A DNA stretch of 21,959 nt, from contig CAVNZM010000063.1 in the NCBI GenBank assembly GCA_963693365.1, forward strand, positions 1 to 21,959. Reading direction: 5' to 3'. The notes beneath the pieces are model-generated. The model saw nothing but the letters and a program-made list of their open reading frames with translations, did not search any database and was not told the origin of the DNA. The position numbers and the translations under genes are program-made. Positions 1 to 13,332 of this stretch are shown here, piece after piece. Source of the stretch: Amoebidium appalachense. Its lineage: Eukaryota > Protista > Ichthyosporea. Position 1 is the stretch's first letter, and every line of letters starts with the position of its first letter.

Positions 1-46
1 CCCACCCACCTACACCCACACACAACCCCCATTGATCCACACATAC

Positions 47-149
47 GTGCTGTTTTTTCACGGGGCGAAGCCTTCCCCCGTTTTTTGGGCACATGGACCT
101 CACGGATCAATAAATTGATGACTGGGGGCTTGCCGTGGTTTACAACCAT
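47..149 (-). CDS. Possible first coding exon of a minus-strand gene that runs off the window
   Basis: Minus strand reads gcaATGg at 149, then MVVNHGKPPVINLLIREVHVPKKRGKASPREKTA, followed by a GTATGT donor (46-41). TATAAAAA lies about 60 bp upstream (~211-218). No domain recognised. Confidence 0.25.
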
Positions 150-223
150 TGCAGGTTCACTTTCGTCCAAGGGGATGTCCCCCTAGAGGCAACACACGTC
201 CCGGAGTAGTTTTTTATAGACTA

Positions 224-551
224 CAGAAACCGACTTTCCATACCCCCACACACCACACACACATACATCTATATATATCATACACATATACATACAAGCA
301 TACAAGCGTACATATTTTTATACATATGTATACTTATATACACATAATATATATATATATATATATATTTCTTTGTATTCTAATTTTTATTTGTATACAC
401 TGACCTTTTCATATTCTTCTAACCTACTTCCAAAAGGATCATGTAGTGATAGCTACATCGGACTTGGAAGACTACTTCAATGTTCATTTATTATAAATAT
501 ATAAATAAATATTTACAAAAGTGAAGTTCATATGTCTTTTATTTTAGTATA

Positions 552-582
<31 letters not shown>

Positions 583-673
583 GATACCTACATATACAAG
601 AATGATACTGTAACATACGTATACATGTAGGTGTATGGTGTGTGGTGTGTGGGGTATGGAAAGTCGGTTTCTG
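224..673. mobile_element. Non-autonomous Tc1/mariner-type MITE (~450 bp)
   Basis: Terminal inverted repeats of about 40 bp: CAGAAACCGACTTTCCATACCCC(C)ACACACCACAC from 224, with the reverse complement ending at 673. Flanked by TA at 222-223 and 674-675. Interior is AT-rich and non-coding. Confidence 0.8.
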
Positions 674-689
674 TAGCAACTCTTCAACT

Positions 690-1140
690 CACCAATCAAA
701 TCGCGCGCATCCCGACAGTTTGAATATTGAAAGAGTCGGATGGCGTCATTCCAGTGATTTGATTGGATAGTCGGTGAGTGGCATCACACTTACCAATCAT
801 AGCGCTATTATATAAATATGAGATTAAAGGGCTTTTTATTACTTTCTACCTTATCGATGACATCATCGGTGCGCTCTGATGACTATCTATATTGAAGACA
901 TAGTCATATTTATCATCATATATATATGTATATATATATAAACATATGGACTTTTTTTAAATATAAACATTAGTATGGATGTAAAAGTACACTATGTATG
1001 CCGATGTTATACTATGTAGAGACAGGTACATGTATATATATATATATATATGTGTGTGTAGACAAACAATCGTTAGTGCAGCCAATGGGACTGCGGGGTT
1101 CGTGTCAAACCTTTGATGATCGATATAATATGGACCATCA
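690..1140. promoter_or_regulatory. CCAAT/TATA-rich intergenic promoter region
   Basis: CCAAT/ATTGG at ~692, ~762, ~793 and ~1082; TATA-like TATAAAT at ~811; lies upstream of the 1187 ORF. Confidence 0.4.
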
Positions 1141-1186
1141 CGGTGGCTGCTGATCGGCACAGTCTCTGTAGTTTCGAATCTGCGCG

Positions 1187-3054
1187 ATGCTGTACTGCAC
1201 GATGACATCTCTCCTCCATTTCATCAGAAGTAATGGAAAATTGTTTGAAGTACGAAAAAGAAATGGAGAATTCGACGTCGTCGACTGCTTTACCGTATCT
1301 TATAACGGAACGCGCAGCACGGCAACAAAGGCCCGGAAATTGGTGCTGGAGCGGAATCGTGCTCTGTTTGAAAAAGAAACCACGGTCTCGGGTGCACGTG
1401 GCTCCCACTATTATTTTGCCCCTGCGGACACAATCAGCCAAATGTTAATGGCCACCGAGAGCGCCACATCCGCGGAGTTTTTAGAGGCAGACGGCGAGCG
1501 CTTCTTCCGCGCGATAGGCGCCTCTCAGACCCAAGTGGACCAAGTAGTTCAAATGCGCGAAAGAATCGCTCGACGCCGCCCACCCGGCCACCCTTGCGCT
1601 ATCTCGCGGACGGTTATGACGGCAGAGGACAGCGAGCAGGATGTGCCCACACATGATGTCTCTGCACACAACGCGAGTGCGTCGACAGCGGGTAAACAGA
1701 ACCCACTCTTGTTGCCACCCCCCCTGCCTAACTACGAGCAGGATGTACACCACGGTGAGCCTGGCGGCGAGCACAACTACCACTCCATACTGCACGTAGC
1801 GGCGCAGCAGGCAGAAGCGACTGCACTCGCCGCGAAAGTAGCGGGTTTTCAACACGAGGAGTTTAAATTAAAACTCCAACTTGAGCACGACGAGCGCGAG
1901 ATGAAGCGTCGCCACGACGAGAGGATGATGGAACTCCGTATACAAAATACACGCCTCGAGATAGAACTGAGGAGGATGGGAACAAACGAACAGAGGGAAC
2001 AGGAGACGGTGATGGATGGCGAGAGGGGGCATGTGGCGGATATCGTGGATGTGGCGGAGGTCGTGGACGGGGCACACGGGGATGGAGGGACGGGGGCAGA
2101 CGGGGAAATGGTTGAGGCGGACGGGGACAGGGGATGGAGGGACGGGGGCAGACGGGGAAATGGTCGAGGCGGACGGGGCACACGGGGATGGAGGGACGGG
2201 GGCAGACGGGGAAATGGTCGAGGCGGACGGGGGCGGGGAGACCCAAATGCCTGAGGGACACGGGGAGGATCATCCGTTGTGTAACGACTGCGATAACGAG
2301 GAGATGGGTGTAAAGGAGACGGAACACGAACAGGAGAGCACAGTGACAGAGGAACGGCGTGCCGCGCAAGAGGATAAACTGAAACGGCTACAAGATATTA
2401 TCAGCAGTGCCCGAGGGTTCGAGCGGGTCTACCGCGATGAAATTTATGACAACCCCGTCTACGACGAGCGCGGCGTCAACCGCATCCTTGTATTTTATCA
2501 GCAGACACTGGAGAGCCTCATCCTACAGGTCGACGGCGTGCGGGATAGCACGGACACGGATACCGTCCGCGCCAAAGGAAAACGGGTTGTCGACGTGATC
2601 CTGGGGCTTCTCGCCAAGGCCGACGCGCAGCACACAGCACGCCAAAAGCGCCCTGCTTCGGACACCCGCCCCGCCGACACCAGACGTGCTAAGCGCACCA
2701 AGAGGACGCCCACTCACAGGGAGCGGCTAGTTAGCAGATTCTTCGAGCCGGCTCAAGGAATCGGCCCCCTGTGGTGCGGTCTATCTTCTTCGTCACCTCA
2801 GGGACCTGTTCCACAAGGAGGCTAGCAGTGAGAGCAGGACTTTCGCACGAGCGCCTCTGTCTACGGGTGAAGTAGCTAGGTTTTTGGGCAAGCAGGTATC
2901 TGTGTATTTTTGTACTATAGACAGGATGGAGGTGTTGCGTGATGAAAAAGGGGAAGTTTATGCCGTGAGACTCCCTAAGAACTGTTTAGGAAAGCCCGGC
3001 TATCCGCGCCATAAGGCAAGAGGGTACTTTCTCGGGAATCTGGTGTGTGCTTGA
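1187..3054 (+). CDS. Bro-N/KilA-like N-terminal domain + coiled coil + acidic repeat + BAG-like domain + C-terminal helical region; one gene broken by two frameshifts
   Basis: N-terminus VRKRNGEFDVVDCF...SGARGSHYYFAPADTISQMLM...AEFL...FFRAIGASQTQVDQV resembles the Bro-like family of large eukaryotic DNA viruses. The frame shifts at a 2-nt-short repeat unit (2120-2171) into ORF 2016..2825, which contains LESLILQVDGV...VRAKGKRVVDVILGLLAKAD (BAG-like). A third frame is open 2731-3054 (GAVYLLRHLRDLFHKE...EVARFLGKQV...NLVCA*). Confidence 0.6.
2066..2225 (+). repeat. Coding tandem repeat, 3 units (54, 52, 54 bp; DGAHGDGGTGADGEMVEA)
   Basis: Units start at 2066, 2120 and 2172. The middle unit lacks 2 nt, which shifts the reading frame. 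Confidence 0.9.
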
Positions 3055-3188
3055 TAAGGCCAACGGGCTTGGCGAAGTGAAAACGTGGTTGTAACAATGC
3101 ATTAGACACCCCCTTCCGGTCCGGTCTGACCCCTTTGGACCGCAGTCTGGTCCGGTTCGGTCTGAACAGGAGTCCTCGCCCGGCAGAG

Positions 3189-3612
3189 CCCCCCCTCCCC
3201 CCCCCGCCCGTGTGTATGTGCTTTTGTGCCCCCATATCCCCCCCCTCCCCCCCCCCGCCCGTGTGTATGTTCTTTTGTGCCCCCATATCCCCCCCCCTCC
3301 CCCCCCCGCCCGTGTGTATGTTCTTTTGTGCCCCCATATCCCCCCCCCCCTCCCCCCCCGCCCGTGTGTATGTTCTTTTGTGCCCCCATATCCCCCCCTC
3401 CCCCCCCCCGCCCGTGTGTATGTTCTTTTGTGCCCCCATATCCCCCCCCCCCTCCCCCCCCCCGCCCGTGTGTATGTTCTTTTGTGCCCCCATATCCCCC
3501 CCCCCCCTCCCCCACACCCGTGTGTATGTTCTTTTGTGCCCCCATATCCCCCCCCCCCTCCCCCCGCCCGTGTGTATGTTCTTTTGTGCCCCCATATCCC
3601 CACCCCCCTCCC
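3189..3612. repeat. Minisatellite, 8 copies of ~52 bp
   Basis: Unit is CCCGTGTGTATGTTCTTTTGTGCCCCCATAT plus variable poly-C tracts. Confidence 0.95.
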
Positions 3613-6376
<2,764 letters not shown>

Positions 6377-6777
6377 CATACGGATGATAGCGCTATTATA
6401 TATTAGAATGGAAAAGTTGGCACTTTGGAGTTACATTGGGGTTGTGACAGGTGTGTGAGCACCGTAAAGCGGTGCTTCATTGGGTGTAGAAGGAATGCAG
6501 CATTCGATTGGAGAGGGGAATGGCATGCAGCATATGTGTAGAAAGTGCATGTAGCGCCGAACAAGCCGAACAAATCGACCCAATCATCTGGGACCATAGT
6601 ATTCTCTTGCCAATCGAATGCTGGATTCCATTCCTCTCCTCCCACAACCAATGAAGCGCCGGCAGCCCCCTATATAATCGCGGCCCGCGCTGAACAGCCA
6701 GTAACCTTCACTGTACACACAGAACACAGAACACACAACCCCCAAACCCCAAAGCGCCAACTCTTCCACCAGCGACC

Positions 6778-8453
6778 ATGGCTTCCACCTACGCCATCTA
6801 CGAGCGCCTCAACATTGCCGGTGCCAAAGAGGCCGGCTTCCCTCCCATCTCCCCCGAGCTCGAGCGCCTGCTGGGCACCGTGGGCGACGACGTGGTGGCC
6901 AAGGTGCTGCGTTTCCTCGACCCGTTTCTGCTGGACTGCAAGGAGACCATCTCCGGGCGCGCCGTGTATACGCTGCTTGGGTATGGTGACTACAGATTCT
7001 TCGTGAGAGCCATGTTTAAGGGGCAGATGGGGTCACCTGGCTTTGTCCCAGCAGGCAACTACCGTGTTATTGAGATGGAGGTATGTCTCGGAATTCTAAA
7101 GTTTTGAATGAATTCCCGGCACTATGCCGTGAATTCTCTGATTGGCTATGGGGGCATCATGTGACGTCATCACTTTTACGGATCAGAGCGGCAAAGTTTA
7201 GATTGGCTCTAAGGGCATCGTGTGATGTCATCACTTCTCAGCCTCAGGGCTGAAAAGTCATTTCGTCATTTTTGCGTCATCACTTTAGTCTCTACCATAA
7301 CTCAAAAGTCTTGACGTCAAAATTACGTCACCGGTGTCTTGCCAGTCTTGACGTCATCACTTATTTGTTTGGTTTAGAGCTGAAGTGTGCTAACAAACCA
7401 CGCCTTCATTCTACACAGAGCACGGGAGGTCGTCCGGGGCAGGATCATCTGCTCACTGCAAAGGGATTTCGTATGGCGTCTGCTTCCACAAACACCCTGC
7501 TGGGCCAGGCCATGCGTGTGTGGGCCTTTGATGTCGCCGAGGCCTTTGCCCGCCTGGCTGCCAACCGCAAGGACGAGGCCTATGACGCCTTTTGCGTCAC
7601 CCTTACCGCGGCCGAAGCACTTGCTGCCGCTGCCGCTACCGAGCGCGACCAGGCCATCAACGACAAGGGGGCCGCGGATGCCGCTGCAGACGCCGCCAAG
7701 GCCGCCAAGGAGGCCGCGGAGGCCGCCCAGGCCGAGGCGCTCGCCACCCTCGCTGCCGCTCTCGCCCGCGTCAAGCTCGAACCTCTGACCCTCCCGAACC
7801 GCATGCCCCTCACCACCGGCGGCACGTACACGGACAACCATGCGTTCAAGCGCCTGACGCGCGCCTTTGCGTATCTGTGCGTGGACACGCTGTACGGCGA
7901 CGGAGTGCGCTGCGCCAGCACGTACATGGGCATGATCATGGCCACCACGGGCGTGTGCTTTGTGTTCCAGTCGGGGGAGATTTCCAACATCATTGCCACC
8001 ACCGGGCTGCAGAAGGCCATGAAGGAGCGCATCCGGGTGTGGACCGGCGAGGAGCCCAAGTACTCGACCGACATGACCACGCAGCAGCTGTACACCTTTG
8101 TCTACAACTACACGCGCTGGTACGTGGAGTACTGCAAGGCGCCGGTGCTGCTGCGCCAGTCGACCATCAACAACGCGGACACGGGCGCTGCCGAGCACGA
8201 GGTGCACGTCGAGCTGGCGTCGTGGCTGGAGGCCATCAAGGACAAGTTCCCCGACATCGAGCCGCTGGAGCTCGGGCGCACCGTCAGCCTCAACGAGCCG
8301 CTGGTGGAGCGCGGCGAGCAGCTCAAGGGGCAGACCCAGCTGGACGTGTATGTGCAGCGCGGGCGGCTGGGGCGGAAGCGCAAGGTCGCCCGCCTGCAGA
8401 AGCCCGAGGGCCCCGTTGATGTTGTGGTGATTGCGGACAGTGATAGTGAGTGA
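6778..8453 (+). CDS. Two-exon gene (6778-7080, 7419-8453; 445 aa): AntA/AntB antirepressor- or MSV199-like DNA-binding domain, Ala-rich coiled coil, C-terminal NLS and SIM-like motif
   Basis: Kozak accATGg, with TATATAA at ~6671. Splicing gives ISGRAVYTLLGY...GFVPAGNYRVIEME|STGGRPGQDHLLTAKGFRMA...GQAMRVWAFDVAE, which follows the AntA pattern (SARELxxxL...GFxxxxDY...STGGRPxxDYxLT...GxxxRxYF). Strong GC3 bias in exon 2. Confidence 0.8.
7081..7418 (+). other. Spliceosomal intron (338 bp, phase 0)
   Basis: GAG|GTATGT donor, GCTAAC branch site at ~7389, pyrimidine tract and ACACAG| acceptor. It joins the two ORFs in frame and restores a domain. Confidence 0.85.
7138..7360. promoter_or_regulatory. 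Intronic cluster of CRE/ATF (TGACGTCA) and CCAAT motifs
   Basis: TGACGTCA at ~7162, ~7312 and ~7349, plus TGATGTCA, TTGCGTCA and TTACGTCA variants. Duplicated GATTGGCT...GGGCATC.TGTGA.GTCATCACTT module. Confidence 0.55.
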
Positions 8454-8456
8454 AGT

Positions 8457-8525
8457 GTGAGTTGTGTAGCGCTGGTCGATTGGGGGGTGTTAGTGTATAA
8501 GAGTTGTGTAGCGCTTTCGACGGGA

Positions 8526-8567
<42 letters not shown>

Positions 8568-8607
8568 GTGTATAAGAGTTGTGTAGCGCTTTCGACGGGA
8601 GTGTGCG

Positions 8608-8642
<35 letters not shown>

Positions 8643-8732
8643 TAGTGCAAAGCGCTGGAGTTGTGTAGCGCCAGACACTTGGTGTTAGTGCATAGCGCTA
8701 GCGTTGTGTAGCGCCAGACACTTGGTGGTAGC
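8457..8732. repeat. Short repeats GTTGTGTAGCGC (5 copies) interleaved with (GT)n
   Basis: Motif repeated directly after the 8453 stop codon, including two longer duplicated sub-blocks. Confidence 0.75.
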
Positions 8733-9750
<1,018 letters not shown>

Positions 9751-10317
9751 TATCTGCATGAAATTATGTGGGAACATGTATGTCTGTATATATGGGAAAT
9801 AAACAATAAAAATCATGATAACATAGTGGGTTCATATGTGAAGCGCGAATTTACTTGATATCGAACTTGTGCTCTTTGGCTTGAGACTTCAGTGAACATT
9901 CTATTCATATCTGATTGGTTAATTGTGATTGGGTGTCTGCGATTGGTCGAGTATCGATTTCAAAGAAGCCCTTGGTGATGAAATGTTTGATGGGTAAAAG
10001 GTTGTGTTAACTCGATTAAATCAAAGAAGGTTAAACCATCCGAGAAACTGTAGGTACTACGTCAATATTTTGATGTTGCATTTGTAAACATTGAGTGCAT
10101 TAGCGGCTCGGAAATATTTTGAGTCGTTTTGCACTACTCTGGGACTAAGATCACCAAAAAGCCAATCCAGCGTGGCTGCCAATAGAATCCACTCAAATAA
10201 CAAAGTCTGACATCCAATCATATGTCGCGGAATTGCCAAACAAGTATATAAGGTCACATCCACTCGGCCGATGCCATTGCATTCTACAAACACAGATACT
10301 CAAGCAACACAGGCAAA

Positions 10318-11047
10318 ATGTACACGACACATGGCGCTGCGCCTGTCTCATACAGCACCTTCACGTTTCCACCCACCCCACAACCCGACCTGGACATCAT
10401 ACAGAGTACCGACTTCATTCCGCTGACGTCCGACGATTTTGCTGCTTTTGACAACCAACTAGGTGACGGCTCCATGCTCCATGCGCCCACCCCGACGACG
10501 GCTAAGAGCCACGGCCAGCACCACGTCTTCGACTTCGACATGGTCTGCGGCGAGACAATCCCCCCCCTCTCCGGCGCGTGGTGTTCCCGCACGTCTGCAT
10601 CTGCAAGCGGTCTCCTCTCAAGCCCCCACGCTGCCACCCACCACAACCACGCCAGCAACAACATGGTTTGGCCGGCTCAGGTCTGTCGAGAACCAGGATT
10701 CCGATACGAGACAATGGAAGCGCTCGCGCGCTAACATCTCAATGACCAAAAAGCCACCTGGTGAAATCAAAGCCCTCGCCACTGCTGGTGATTGGAGGCG
10801 CCATCTTGCACCCCTGCCTGTTTCACAGATGTTGGGCGAGGCGCTCGACAGACTTAGCCCGTTGTGCCTTATACCGTTCATCAGCTGCACGCTCCCTTTT
10901 GCAGCTAGCAAAGAGCAGCTCTCCTACCTCGACGCTGGTAGCATCTGTGCGCTTCTCGGCTTCAGGGACATCGATGAGATACGCGACCGTCTCGATCAGG
11001 CCAAAATCGCAAACGCCCGTGATGTGCCAGGCACAGAAGCGGTAGGA

Positions 11048-11110
<63 letters not shown>

Positions 11111-11146
11111 AGAAGGCTTCCCACACACACACACACACAAGGCTTC

Positions 11147-11177
<31 letters not shown>

Positions 11178-12563
11178 GGCTTCCACACACACACACACGC
11201 ACACACGCACACACAAGGCTTCCACACACACACACACGCACACACGCACACACAAGGCTTCCACACACACACACACACAAGGCTTCCACACACACACACA
11301 CACACACACGCACACACAAGGCTTCCACACACACACACGCACACACGCACACACAAGGCTTCCACACACACACACACACAAGGCTTCCACACACACACAC
11401 ACACACACACGCACACACAAGGCTTCCACACACACACACACACAAGGCTTCCACACACACGCACACACAAGGCTTCCACACACACGCACACACAAGGCTT
11501 CCACACACACGCACACACAAGGCTTCCACACACACACACACACAAGGCTTCACACACACACACACAAGGCTTCCACACACACGCACACACAAGGCTTCCC
11601 ACACACACACACACACAAGGCTTCACACACGCACACACAAGGCTTCCACCGACACTTTATCAACACCCCTACTAAATGGTGGATCCGGGCACCATAGTGG
11701 TCGTGGCTACGGTGGCGTTTTGTGTGGGCATGTTCTTTCTCAGTGTCCTTGACTATCTCTTCCCCGTGTTCTCGGATCCGATTAAGGGGGACCCACCCCC
11801 GCCATACTCAATCCATGCTGATACTTGGTGATTCCTACAGGGTTCCCCGCACTACTACAAGGAGGGCAACTTCATGCTGGTCTCGCCCGCTGCGTTTCTT
11901 CACTTGACCACCCAGGTCTTGTACGAGTCCCCCCTGGCCCTCGATTTTCTGGGATGGTTTAACAGCGCGCGCAACAAGGAGCTGCACTTGCACGAAACCC
12001 GGCTCTATGAGAAGACCCGCGGCGCGCCCCCTTCCACCACCCCTCTGGATGCCACTCGCCACATTCACGCTACCTTTGTCGGTTTCCTGGTGGCCACACT
12101 CAGCTCGACATCCGTGCTTGACGTCCACCGGCTGGTGACCATCCTTGAAAAGGTCGCAAATGTGCAAGTCACTTCCCGCTTCAAGACCCGCAACATCTGC
12201 GCCCCGCACGCCGAGGCGCTGGTGTTCAAGGTGCTTGCCCAGCGCATCAATATAGACACGGGCGTTTCGATAGCGTCTGCGCTCGACATCAACACGTTGC
12301 ACCTCTACACGTTTCTCTCGCGCGCCCTTGAGGCTCTCGATGTTGACGTACCCCATCCACACGGCGTCCCAGCAGGCAGCACCTACAAGGACCCCCAGCT
12401 GCGCGACCTGAGGAAGCTGGGTCGCTCCCTCGAGAAGGACTTTGCCGGCATACGCCAGTTGCCCCTGGAGCCCAAGTCCTTCTTCTATGCCATGCCGGAG
12501 CGCCCGGTCACCCCGGCCGGACACGAAGTGTGTGCGTGCTTCAGGATGGATCGGAGTCTTTAG
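10318..12563 (+). CDS. Two-exon Bro-N/AntA/MSV199-like DNA-binding protein (exon 1 ends 11041, exon 2 11841-12563); 5' part either frameshifted near 10720-10735 or starting at ATG 10742 (340 aa)
   Basis: Spliced sequence YLDAGSICALLGFRDIDEIRDRL...PGTEA|GSPHYYKEGNFMLVSPAAFLHL...SPLALDFLGWFN parallels the 6778 gene. TATATAA at ~10246, aaaATG at 10318 and several upstream CCAAT boxes. Confidence 0.6.
11050..11649. repeat. Poly-C run followed by about 19 units of AAGGCTTCC(AC)n
   Basis: Seen directly. The last unit continues into unique sequence (AAGGCTTCCACCGAC). Confidence 0.9.
11676..11831 (+). CDS. Putative 51-aa single-pass membrane microprotein with PPxY motif, nested in the intron
   Basis: aaATGg start. 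MVDPGTIVVVATVAFCVGMFFLSVLDYLFPVFSDPIKGDPPPPYSIHADTW* has a ~20-residue hydrophobic stretch followed by PPPPY. Shorter than the ORFs listed in the track. Confidence 0.45.
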   Translation: MVDPGTIVVVATVAFCVGMFFLSVLDYLFPVFSDPIKGDPPPPYSIHADTW

Positions 12564-12852
12564 GTTGGACGGACATGTACGGATGGATGCGTCGCACGAG
12601 TCCTGTGCACACGGGGCAGCGCCGTGCAAGCTTGCACGATTTGGAGTTGTTAGGGCACTTGTCCTGGGATACATACTTTTTTTTAGCTGGCTTGTGTGTG
12701 CTTGTACTGGTGGGTTTGGGCTTTGCTCCGTTTAGCTTCGGCATGGTAAGCGCAGCCGGTTTGTGTGTGCTTGTACTGGTGGGTTTGTTCTTTGCTCCGT
12801 TTAGCTTCGGCATGGTAAGCGCAGCCGGTTTGTGATTTTGTGTTTGCGCCAT
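12541..12852 (-). CDS. Small basic protein (103 aa) with a 23-aa tandem repeat and a C-terminal Cys cluster
   Basis: gccATGg at 12852, with TATATAAA about 30 bp upstream. HKPAALTMPKLNGAKxKPTSTST occurs twice (69-bp in-frame repeat), then CPNNSKSCKLARRCPVC. Overlaps the 3' end of the convergent gene by 23 bp. Confidence 0.55.
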   Translation of the reverse strand: MAQTQNHKPAALTMPKLNGAKNKPTSTSTHKPAALTMPKLNGAKPKPTSTSTHKPAKKKYVSQDKCPNNSKSCKLARRCPVCTGLVRRIHPYMSVQPKDSDPS

Positions 12853-13332
12853 GGCCTCTTCTGTTGGGATTTCAGTCTTTATATACACCTACATAATCAT
12901 CAACAATAGCCGCTAAACATTGCGCGTTGTCTCGCGCGTGAGCTTTTGCAACCTTGTTTGTATTTGACAGGCCCGATGGCCCATGCCTACTTATCAAATG
13001 TGTACTAATCTTATCATGTCACGTGATATAAAGCTGACCAATCAGATCGTTTGGCATCTGATAATCACCCTTTGATCGCTGACAGAAAGGGGGGTTTATC
13101 GATCTGGTCTGATTAAATCGCATTCCGTGGCGCGGATTGCCCTGTATATTGTGTTTCAATAAACCCCACCTTTTTTGTCGCTTGCGGGAGATTTCCATGA
13201 CGCGATGGCATTTTTTAATTGAAGGTTGGGTGACAGGCAAACGGTGTCACATGGACATCAACTCTCACCTCGATCGGTTTCGTTTGTTCACCTTTCGATC
13301 ACATGACTTCTCTTCACCCACCCTTGCAAAAC

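Larger units (their letters stand above)
11042..11840 (+). other. Probable spliceosomal intron (799 bp, phase 0) filled with poly-C and an AAGGCTTCC(AC)n array
   Basis: GCG|GTAGGA donor and TTCCTACAG|GGT acceptor give an in-frame join. The donor is weaker than consensus. Confidence 0.6.

Noticed and set aside
6862-6930. F-box-like look of DDVVAKVLRFLD in the 6778 gene
   Set aside because: It lacks the downstream VCK/R-W part and is better explained as the helix preceding the AntA-like domain.
7272-7418. N-terminus of the 393-aa track ORF
   Set aside because: It has a non-ATG start and lies within the predicted intron.
7374-8430. Long overlapping and antisense ORFs (also 11835..12674, 13498..14349, 19845..21124)
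   Set aside because: These are shadow ORFs caused by the high GC3 of the real genes.
10681-10696. 16-nt GT...AG segment whose removal would fix the 10318/10742 frameshift
   Set aside because: It is too short for a normal spliceosomal intron given the 338- and 799-bp introns nearby. A 1-nt indel is simpler.
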